Below are positions 53,097-62,451 of a DNA stretch of 64,000 bases, piece by piece. The position numbers and the translations under genes were made by a program. The DNA is from Podarcis tiliguerta (lineage: Eukaryota): the NCBI GenBank assembly GCA_965153285.1, contig OZ229111.1; one strand, given 5' to 3'. The notes under the pieces are model-generated. The model made no database searches and was not told the DNA's origin. It saw only the letters and a program-made list of their open reading frames with translations. Position 1 is the stretch's first letter, and the number at the start of each line of letters is the position of its first letter.

Positions 53097-56000
53097 ATGC
53101 TGTGCCCTGTCTTCTCCCCCACTGTGAGTGAGGCCCCTCCAGTTCCTCTGACAGAGAGATGGAAGTCCCAAGATTCAAGGGCCATTGACATAATAGTCTT
53201 GTCCGTCTCTCTGGAGGAAATTGCCACGCTGGCTGGAAACACCACTGCTCGTGGGATGTGGAATGCTTTGAAGCTGGCCCATCTGCCAGTCATCCCAGCC
53301 CAGAGTTTGACTGCATCGGAGGTCCTGGCTGTTTCCCGGAATGCAAGTGGATGCAGGGGTGCCGTGGGCACCGGTTGCAAGCTGCAGGGGGAGCTGACTG
53401 TGGTGTCATCCCAAGCAGCATTCCAGCCTCCAGGGGGAGCCAAGGAGTCGGCAGCTGAGAGCTCTGTTTCTCGTGGGAACCAAGGTCATCGCCTCTGCAG
53501 AGGCCGGAAGGCCAGAGGTAAACAGAGACAGATGCCTGCAGATGGCCAGAAGCAGAAGGGGGGTGAAGAGCCCACGCCAGTGGAAAACAAGGCTTTGTTT
53601 GCTGGCACAGCTTCACCAAAGGCTAAAGGCATGTCTCATGGCCAGGAGCAGGGGGGCAAGCAGTTTAAGCCCACGCCTGTGGAAAACAAGGTTTTGCTTG
53701 CCAGAAAAGCTGCTCCAAAGGCCCAGCCCAGATTTGTTGTAGATTCTGGATGCACCCGCCATCTCGCAAAAGATAAGCATCTCTTTATCTCCTTCAAACC
53801 TCAAGATGGTGAGGTCCACCTGGCTGACGGAAGGACGTTGCGGATCGCAGGAGAAGGGACAGTGAAACTTGCAAGTCTGCACACGACCATCAGAAATGTA
53901 CTTTATGTTCCAGGTGCTGTGCACAATTTGCTCAGTGTCCCACAGCTGATTGGGCGTGGTTTTGAGGTTTCCTTCAAGAGGAACGTCTGTGTCATCAGGA
54001 AAGGCAAAGAGGACATTTTGCATGCAAAGTTTATGGATGGCTTGTTCTGTATAACTTATGATGACAATGCTGTTGCTGTGTCTAATGTTGATTCTTGTTG
54101 TGTTGCACAAACTAACAAGGTTCTTCATGCAGGATGTGTTCACGAAGCACACAGAAGATTTGGTCACATGTCTTGGCAGGCGCTGGTCAAGATGCCGGAA
54201 TTGGTTGAGGGTTTGAACATTAAACCCTGTAAGTTTCACATGAAATGTGTATCTTGTGCAGAGAACAAGGTGAAGGTTGCTCCAAAAGGCAAGGAGTCTA
54301 GCAGGCAGGCTTCCAAACCCTACCAGCTTGTTCACGCAGACCTGGTTGGTCCACTTGCGCCCTCTTTGGGTGGAGCAAGGTACTTCATGGTTCTAATTGA
54401 TTCTTTTTCCAGGTACATTCATGTGTTTATGCTTGAGCAGAAGTCGCAAGCGTTTCCTAGGTTCAAGGCATTCTGTGCTTGGTTGGAGAATGTTCACAGT
54501 AAACATATCGGCTGTCTGTTTACTAATCGAGGCAAGCAATTCACTTCTCAGCAGTTTGAAGCTTTCCTGACTGAGAAGGGAATTCAGCATAGCCTCTCAA
54601 GTCCTGGATCCCCATGGGAGGTTTGTGAGCAAGCAAAGCAAACATTGCTTCAAGGCATGAAAACCTTGTTGCATGATGCCAATCTCCCTGAGAAGTTTTG
54701 GGGGGAGTCTCTGTCAACGTATGTTTACACGTTTAATCGCAGATTGTCATCACCTATTGGTTGTACTCCCTACGAGAAGATGTTTGGTAAGAAACCAAAT
54801 GTCAAGCACATGAGAATCTTTGGTTCTGACATGTGGGTACACACCCCACAAAGCAACAAGCTTGGGAAGCGTGGGGCACATGGTTTGTTCATGGGGTACG
54901 ACAAAGGAGCATACAGGGTATGGATGACTGACTCTAAGTCCATTAAGTTCACAAGGCGTGTTGAGTACAATCCTAAGTGGGGGGAAAATGTGGGAATTTT
55001 CCAGAGTTACCCAGAGGAGGATGAAGGTGATGTGAAAAAAGCAGGTGATGCTAAAGCAGCTGAGGAAGCTGAGGATGATGGTGATGATGGTGATGATGAT
55101 GATCAGAGTTCGGATTCCAGTTCAGTGGGCGGCGCTGCTGCTGGTGTCAGTGACAGTGATGACACAGCAGACTACAAGAGCGCAAAGGCCTCAGTCAGAC
55201 CATCTGATGCATCTGACAATGAACTGGAAGAACCACTGTTCACCATTGGTCGTTTTTCTCCCAAGAAGGAGGAGATGAGCCCAGAAGACTTGCGTCTAGT
55301 ACGCAGATCTGAAAGGGCGACCAAGGGCAGACCTCCAAAGAGATTTGCTGATGAGTTTGCTAAGACAGCAACTGCTGTTCTTAGTAGCTCAGACAAGGTG
55401 TGGGAACCTTCAAGCTTCAAAGAGGTTCAGGAGTTAACCTCTAAAGATGCTGAGCCTTGGCTTGATGCCATGAAGGCTGAAGTTGATTCCTTGAACAGGA
55501 ACCAAACTTGGGAATTGGTACCGGTAGTCCCAGGAATGAGACTGGTTGGCAGCAAATGGGTCTTCAAGGCCAAGACAGACCAGAATGGCAAGGTTGTCAG
55601 ACACAAAGCCAGATTGGTTGCCAGAGGTTTTTCACAGGTACCAGGACAGGATTACCACGAGACCTACTCACCCACCGTCAAATATGAGAGCATTCGACTG
55701 ATGCTCAAGATTGCTGCAGAGGAGAAACTGCATGTTTCCCATCATGACATTAATACCGCTTTTTTGTACGGGATTTTGGGGGAGGAGCTGTATATGCTTC
55801 CACCTGATGGAATGCAGATACAGAAGGGAATGGTCTGTAAACTGCGGAAATCCATATATGGTCTCAAGCAGAGTGCCAGGTGTTGGAACACAAAACTCAC
55901 TGAGACGTTGCTTTCTCTAGGTTTTCACCAGGGCAAAGCTGATCCATGTGTGTTTGTCAAGGAGGAGGGGCAAAACAAACTGTATTGTTTATGTTTTGTT

Positions 56001-56936
56001 GATGATCTTCTGATGTTCTGGAAGAATCAGGCTTTGTACCAAAGCACCCTAGCTCAGCTGAAGGAGCACTTTGACATGAAGGATCTTGGTGAAGTATCCA
56101 ACTATCTTTCTCTGCAGGTGGAGAGGGATCAAGCAGGTAATTTTCTGGTTCACCAAACACAGAAAATTGCTGATGTATTAACCAGGTTGAATTTGGTTGA
56201 TGCAAACCCAGCAGACACACCGATGGTGACAGGTTACCAGGTAGATAGTACTGCTGAAGCGTTTTCTGACACAAGGCTGTACAGATGCATTCTAGGCAAG
56301 TTGAATTTCATTGCTAGATGCTCAAGACCTGACATAGCTGTAAGCACTAACCTGCTTAGCAGACATGCTAATAATCCTACTGTTCAGGATTGGAAAGCTC
56401 TGAAGCGCATAGCCCGCTATTTGAAAGGGACTATGCACTACAGGCTGAGGTTCACCAGTCAGAAGACTGGAGGTCTTGAAATCTTTGCTGATGCAAGTTT
56501 TGGAAGTGACACCACAGATGGTACAAGCACTTCTGGAGTATGCTACATGTACAACCACTGTCTGTTTGACTGGCTGTGCAAGAAGCAGACGACAGTGAGC
56601 CTAAGTTCCTGTGAAGCAGAACTCAATGCTCTGTCATTTTCACTCATGGATTGTGAATGGTTGATGCAACTGTTTAAGGACATCAGAGTTTCTGTGAAAT
56701 GTCCTGTACAAGTGTATCAAGACAATAGATCCTGTTTGGCTTTGCTGAACTCAGAGAGTTGCAAGCAAAGAACCAAGTACTTGCAGATTAAGTTACATCG
56801 TGCAAGAGAGTGTATTCAGAAAGGACTTATTCGGGTGTCCTACATGGCAGGAAATGAAATTCCTGCTGATCTGTTGTCGAAGGTTGTTAACAGAGAACAA
56901 CTTAAGGTTTATGCACAAAGGTTGCAATTGGGTTGA
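53097..56936 (+). CDS. Ty1/copia gag-pol polyprotein (partial Gag, protease, integrase with mutated DDE, RT, RNase H), 1279 aa uninterrupted
   Basis: Gag N-terminal W..D..A..I.L.V..TA..MW; protease VVDSGCTRH; HHCC (HRRFGH..CVSC); integrase VHADLVGP, IDSFSRY; RT KWVFKAK, KARLVARGFSQ, HDINTAFL, LRKSIYGLKQS, FVDDLL; RNase H FADAS, SSCEAE, QDN, ADLLSK. The PR-IN-RT-RH order defines copia. Confidence 0.95.
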   Translation: MLCPVFSPTVSEAPPVPLTERWKSQDSRAIDIIVLSVSLEEIATLAGNTTARGMWNALKLAHLPVIPAQSLTASEVLAVSRNASGCRGAVGTGCKLQGELTVVSSQAAFQPPGGAKESAAESSVSRGNQGHRLCRGRKARGKQRQMPADGQKQKGGEEPTPVENKALFAGTASPKAKGMSHGQEQGGKQFKPTPVENKVLLARKAAPKAQPRFVVDSGCTRHLAKDKHLFISFKPQDGEVHLADGRTLRIAGEGTVKLASLHTTIRNVLYVPGAVHNLLSVPQLIGRGFEVSFKRNVCVIRKGKEDILHAKFMDGLFCITYDDNAVAVSNVDSCCVAQTNKVLHAGCVHEAHRRFGHMSWQALVKMPELVEGLNIKPCKFHMKCVSCAENKVKVAPKGKESSRQASKPYQLVHADLVGPLAPSLGGARYFMVLIDSFSRYIHVFMLEQKSQAFPRFKAFCAWLENVHSKHIGCLFTNRGKQFTSQQFEAFLTEKGIQHSLSSPGSPWEVCEQAKQTLLQGMKTLLHDANLPEKFWGESLSTYVYTFNRRLSSPIGCTPYEKMFGKKPNVKHMRIFGSDMWVHTPQSNKLGKRGAHGLFMGYDKGAYRVWMTDSKSIKFTRRVEYNPKWGENVGIFQSYPEEDEGDVKKAGDAKAAEEAEDDGDDGDDDDQSSDSSSVGGAAAGVSDSDDTADYKSAKASVRPSDASDNELEEPLFTIGRFSPKKEEMSPEDLRLVRRSERATKGRPPKRFADEFAKTATAVLSSSDKVWEPSSFKEVQELTSKDAEPWLDAMKAEVDSLNRNQTWELVPVVPGMRLVGSKWVFKAKTDQNGKVVRHKARLVARGFSQVPGQDYHETYSPTVKYESIRLMLKIAAEEKLHVSHHDINTAFLYGILGEELYMLPPDGMQIQKGMVCKLRKSIYGLKQSARCWNTKLTETLLSLGFHQGKADPCVFVKEEGQNKLYCLCFVDDLLMFWKNQALYQSTLAQLKEHFDMKDLGEVSNYLSLQVERDQAGNFLVHQTQKIADVLTRLNLVDANPADTPMVTGYQVDSTAEAFSDTRLYRCILGKLNFIARCSRPDIAVSTNLLSRHANNPTVQDWKALKRIARYLKGTMHYRLRFTSQKTGGLEIFADASFGSDTTDGTSTSGVCYMYNHCLFDWLCKKQTTVSLSSCEAELNALSFSLMDCEWLMQLFKDIRVSVKCPVQVYQDNRSCLALLNSESCKQRTKYLQIKLHRARECIQKGLIRVSYMAGNEIPADLLSKVVNREQLKVYAQRLQLG

Positions 56937-56960
56937 ACCACAGGTACTACAGGTTACACG

Positions 56961-56973
56961 GAAAGGGGGAGGA
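56961..56973 (+). other. Polypurine tract (plus-strand primer)
   Basis: GAAAGGGGGAGGA directly abuts the LTR TG. Confidence 0.9.
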
Positions 56974-57352
56974 TGTTGGGATATTTCCGTTCCACCTTAA
57001 AAGGGAGCAGGATGTTTGTGTCACAGCCTGCGTATTTCCTGTCTCACAGGATGTTTCTGTTGTGTCTTTTGCTTTCGTTTCTCTCTCACTGCCGGAAACT
57101 CTAGCAGGCAGTCATGGCTTTTCTTTGTTCTGATCAACGCTGAATAAACTTAGAAATAATGCTCTCCTGTGTGCAACTTTTGCTGTGTGAACTCTGCTGA
57201 TAGAGTGTGCAAGAGCTCTGGATCTTTGGGAAGCTATTTCTGGAGCTCCTGTCGCTAATTGCTGATACTGCGTGTCTACGGGAGATTGATGGATGTCCGG
57301 AGACGACGTGGAGTCAAGATGGACTTTATCTCCCTGGCAGTATCTCCCAACA
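56974..57352 (+). repeat. 3' LTR of the copia element (379 bp)
   Basis: Termini TGTTGGGA...TCCCAACA (8-bp perfect inverted repeat); AATAAA at 57143-57148; TATA-like TTAAAA at 56997-57002. Confidence 0.92.
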
Positions 57353-58782
57353 CCTTCCACCCCACTCAATCTTCATTCCAGTGGCAGTGGATGAGCAACC
57401 TGCATAGTGAATTCTCATTTTAATTATCAAGAATTTATTGCAGCAGGGTTTGGTTGTTGCTGCATTTTAAAAAGGCTGTACTGCTTTGTTCAGCACTGTG
57501 TGACCCTAATAGAAAATGTTTACTTCTATTCTTTTAATAAAAATGTTTAGGATTCTAGTATTAGTAATTATAGCATTATAAAACAAAGCTGACAGCTGCC
57601 ATGTTACTGCAATATGTCAAAAGGGATGCCAGTAGAGGCCTCTCGGAGGCTATGGCGCATCTACTGTCACATCTCATCAGGTGATGAATTTGAAAAGCTG
57701 TAAGTGCCAAGTTTCCTCATTCTATTACATGAGTCAAGGGGGTTATTAGGAAAAACAGCTCTCTCTCTTTCTCTCTAAGAGGACATATATCCAGAAATAT
57801 GAGCTGGCACTGTTGAACAAACACAAAGTAAGCAAAACGTTGGTTAGCAACAGTCTGAATGGACAGCCTTAAGGCAAAATTCTGTGTAGGAAGCAAGGAA
57901 ATCTGGCATGTTAGATAATAAGGTAATAGGTGTTATAAATACTATATAACTCTATGTAAATAGTCTATCCAGGGTCAAATCTCATACTTCTCATTTTTGT
58001 TCCAGAAGGCAAAAAAAGTGCTTGTGGACATGGCATAAATATATGACCTAGGTAATAAGCTAAATTGTTTATATATTGAAATCACTGAGATGATCACAAA
58101 ATTCCCGCCTTCATAAATAGTATTTTGTTTTGTTTTGTTTAAGGATATGTTTATTAGCTTTTAGAAAACAACAACATACAAATAATCAAGATAATTACTG
58201 TCTGGAGTACATTGTTACAGAAGGTTCAGTATACTTTTGCAGACATCATAATAAATGGATTCCATAAAGGAACGTTTTGGAAGTGTGAGTCGCCTATCGG
58301 TAAGCTAGCCTTGCAACACAGCACTTCTGATGTTTAAGATAGCAGTGTCAAGTTTCATGTTCATATAACAATTTCTTCTCACTAAGAGCTACTCCTAATT
58401 TAATGGAATAAGCCAGCTTTAAACAACGTAATATTCACACGAGATCAGTTGTTGCCTTTTAATTAGTTTCTGGTAACTGTATGAACAGTAGCAATTAATG
58501 ATAAAAGTACAACAGATTGCTGGAGATGTCATTATCGAATATATTATAGGTAGCCAAAAAAATAAGGGATGATGCTTAAATGAAGAATTAAGGACAAATG
58601 TTCCAGTAAAGCTGCAGGTTTTTGTAAACTTGACAATAAATAGCACCTAGAAAATAGTATTTTGAAATACGTCATTCTGTCCATTAAATTGTACTGCAGC
58701 AGTAGCCATTCACTTCTGGAAATAATCCATTGCCTGTGATCTAAAGACCTTCCTTAATATGGTGGGTTGGTTTTTCAAGGCT

Positions 58783-58786
<4 letters not shown>

Positions 58787-58840
<54 letters not shown>

Positions 58841-58847
58841 TGTGTGT
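58787..58847. repeat. (CT)n(GT)n microsatellite
   Basis: Read directly. Confidence 0.92.
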
Positions 58848-59519
58848 TGAGCTTCAGTAGTCAACTAACTGGAACAGTGAGATATACATGTGCTAAGTAA
58901 GTAAGTAAATAAATAAATAAATAATGTATCATGGACACTTCTCCACCCCAATATACATGGAATATCATACACTATCCTTTGTGAAAAACAATGCTTATAT
59001 TCCTCTTATTTTAAAAAATGGAATAACTGGATGAAGACAAAATTGTTGTCTACTGCACAAATAGTTCTGTGAGACTCAGAAGTTCACATAACCCCATACT
59101 CAAGAACATTGGTTTAATAAAATTATCTCATTTTCTGGGATCAACATTGCAACAAGAAAATTCTAATTATACTGGCTTTTACCAGCAAAAACTGCTATAT
59201 GTGTTTAAGAATTCCCCTAAAAGTAAATACTGTTCACACGTATCAAATTCAATGGGTAATAAGCTCAAATGTTCTCCGGCTGTTTCCTAAATGCTCTGGA
59301 ACAGAAGTAGAGGGTGTGGCTAATGGTCCAAGAATTGTATACGGTAATTTCATTAAACCTCGGTGTTACTTTCATAGGTGGAAAGAAACTGCAGTAAATT
59401 GTACAGAGTGGGGGGTGGGGAGAAACTGAGGATCACATTGATCTTCTCAGGGACTCCAGCCTTCTTACAAAAATTTTGGCTGCAAAAATCAGTACCTGAT
59501 GCAACACAAATCTGGATCG

Positions 59520-59778
59520 TGACAGCTTTTAGATGGCTTTAAAACAGGATTAGGAAAATTCATGAAGAGAGGACCATGGAAGGCTACTGGCCCTGGTGGC
59601 TGTGCTCTGCCTCCTCAGCCAGAGGCTGTAATGCTTCTGAATTCCAGTTGCTGGAAACCACAGGAAGGGAGAGTGCTTTTGTGCTGCTTGCGGGTTTCCC
59701 ACAGGCAGCTGGCTGGCCACTGTGAAAATGAGATGCTGGACTCGATGGGCTCTTGCAGGCTCTTCTTATGTTCTTATT
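59520..59778 (+). mobile_element. Old CR1-type LINE 3' end
   Basis: TAGATGGCTTTAAAACAGGATTAGGAAAATTCATG (LDGFK.GL.KFM) and tail CTTCTTATGTTCTTAT. Confidence 0.7.
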
Positions 59779-60447
59779 CCCACTGGTGTTCAAACTGATG
59801 CCTGGGTGCCTGTGAGGCATTCAAGACACATACTGTCCACCTAAAGACTATAGAGGTGGGGGACCTATGGGCCTCCAGATGACACTGGACTTCATCTCCA
59901 ATCACCCCTGACCATTAGTCATGGTGACTAGAATTGATGAGAGTTGGAGTACAACATCTGGAAGTCCATTGGTTATGGCTATGAGGTGTTGATTCTTAGT
60001 CGCTGAGTTTCTGTACTGCTGGTTTTGTTCCAGTATGGTTCACCATTATGTCACCAAGTTCAAAGTGATGAGTGATGATACTGTCAGATGACATGACTAC
60101 CACAGGTTCAGCAAATGTTCTCCAATCATGCCCATTGCATTATAGTTGAATGATAGAATCAAGAGCAGAGGTCTTCTCAAGGACTCAAACCTTTTTACAA
60201 AAACTTTGGTTGCAACAGTTGTGAGAGAGAATCCACAATAATAAAGGAAATGTTTCCGAGTGAGTTTCCCAACATGCTTTCGTTTCATGAGTATTTCCAA
60301 AGAAATAAAAGTATGACAATTCAGCAGATGAAAAGTTACTCAACACACAATTCTAAGCCATTGAATAACATTACATCTGATGAAGCAGGGCTAAGCTAGG
60401 CGCTAAAAGTTATAGAAGACTCAGTGGAACCTAACGACTTCCTATGT

Positions 60448-60828
60448 AAGGCAAAGGCAAAGGACCCCTGGACGGTTAAGTCCAGTCAAAGGAGACTATG
60501 GGGTATGGCACTAGTATCACTTCAGGCCAAGGGAGCCAGCATTTGTCCACAGACAGCTTTCCGGGTCATGTGGCCAGCATAACTAAACTGCTTCTGGTGC
60601 ACGGAGGACTGTGGTGAGTGCAAGAGCACACAGAAATGCCATTTACCTTCCCTCTGCAGTGGTACCTATTTATCTACTTGCACTGGTGTGCTTTTGAACT
60701 GTTAGGTTGGCAGAAGCTGGGACAGAGCAACGGGAGCTCATTACCATCATACAGATTTGAACCGATGACCTTCTGCCCGGCAAGCCCAAGAGGCTCAGTA
60801 TTTTAGACCACAGCACCATCCACGTCCC
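60448..60828 (-). mobile_element. Sauria SINE, full length, diverged
   Basis: Reverse complement of the 52725-type SINE; diverged TSD ACGACTTCCTAT / ATGACCTCCTAT. Confidence 0.9.
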
Positions 60829-61066
60829 ATGACCTCCTATCTGTGAAGATGCACAGATTATAGTACTGACATCACTAATGGTTTTATTCACCACTGGGAA
60901 GCAAACATATTTTCATGCTGCTATATGAGTGATTTTCCATGGACTGACCAGGAGTTGCAGATTACAGAAACAATAAATCTGGGATGAGCTACCAAGACGG
61001 CCTCAAAATGCATGGGCAAGTATGTTCATGGGCAAGTATGTTCATGGGCAAGTATGACATTTAAAG

Positions 61067-61139
61067 AAGACAGGAGTGCTTGGCATGCTCTGGTCGATGG
61101 GGTCACAAAGGGTCGGACACGACTAAACGACTAAACAAC
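61067..61139 (+). mobile_element. 73-bp BovB 3'-tail insertion
   Basis: Matches 26736-26808; perfect 13-bp TSD ATGACATTTAAAG (61054-61066, 61140-61152). Confidence 0.93.
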
Positions 61140-62451
61140 ATGACATTTAAAGATATGTCCACAAGAACTTGCTGGTGGTTTTCTAGTGGTTGCAGCTATA
61201 GATAATAGTAACTTCCAGCATTATATTATAACTGAATGCAAAGGAGATGGGAAAATGAATTTAAATAATTATTTATGACTGCCATCTTCACCTGACCAAT
61301 TTTGCTCATTTGAGGGGGACACCCACTGTATTCTATACCCTTTAAAGGTGTCAAAAGTGCTGCTAGATCTTTGTTCCTATTAATTAGTCATGGGATCCTA
61401 CTATTCTGCCTCTATTTACCCCCAAACCGTAGTTTTATCAAAACGAAAATCAAGCTTCAGCATGTTACATGTTTCTTTAAAAAGAAACATGTTTAAAAAG
61501 AAAAAGAAAAAAAAGAACTCTAATTTCAGAATTCTGAAGCACAAAAAAACTGAAGTTCACCAGTTTGGTACCATTCATCTACATGTAAAGTCAGAAAATG
61601 CTTACCGACTTTTCAATCTGTGCTATTTTCCTTTTCAGTGCTAATACTATCCCTGCAGCAGAAGTTGCCAAGAGTATTTGCTGCATAGTCTTGGCAAGAA
61701 CTTTTTTAAATCTGCACTGCTGATGTTTGTTATTCATCACAAAGTATCCAGGCATAGAAAGCACTGCAAACCAATACACAACAAAAACAGTAGTTGCACA
61801 ATACCTATATGTTTGCAGACTGCTATCTTTTTGTATCTTGCAGGTCAAACTTCAGAAACAAGTATTATTATTATTATCTGTTCATGTAAAAGGCAGGTCT
61901 AACACATCCCATCTACTGAAAGAAACTACAAATATCTAGAACCTTCCAAACTAAGGAACAAAAAACTGAGTAAAGAGAAGCAGTTTTGCCTGACATTTCC
62001 AATGAGATTTTGAAAAGTATTTAAAGTATTTATTTATTTTTGCTTGTTTCAGTGAACTAATCATCATACAACAGCCGCTACTTGACTCTAACAATAAAAT
62101 GGTATGACTGTTCAAATCTATGAGTAAGATTAAATTGCAGCAGGGCAGTTGTGAATTATTTCTCTCCTCTCATGCCTTGAGCTGGTTGCTGGAGCCCAGG
62201 AGACTACTGTTCCTGAGACTTTCAGACAAGAGCTCACAGAACAGCCTTCCATACCATCAGGTCTACAAAACCAGACCCAGGACCCTCTGGGTCTTGTGCC
62301 TCCCACATTACTTCACTGATACAGTGGCACAGAACATGCACCAAATGGAAGGCTATGGAATGGGGGAGGAATGCCTATCTTTAGACCAGTGGTTTGTCCC
62401 TTTAAGAATCTGAAGTTCTCAACAAGGAGGTATTGCCACTAAGGAACAGTC

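Larger units (their letters stand above)
53121..57352 (+). mobile_element. Ty1/copia LTR retrotransposon lacking the 5' LTR and PBS
   Basis: gag-pol ORF, PPT and 3' LTR present; no second LTR copy seen upstream in the window; 5' boundary estimated from where Gag similarity begins. Confidence 0.9.

Noticed and set aside
53613-54335. 240-aa antisense ORF within copia pol (likewise 38318-38947 and 37688-38281 in BovB)
   Set aside because: Shadow ORFs of TE coding sequence with no independent motifs.
55010-55240. Acidic D/E-rich segment with GAT repeats in the copia polyprotein
   Set aside because: This is the normally variable low-complexity IN-RT linker of copia elements.
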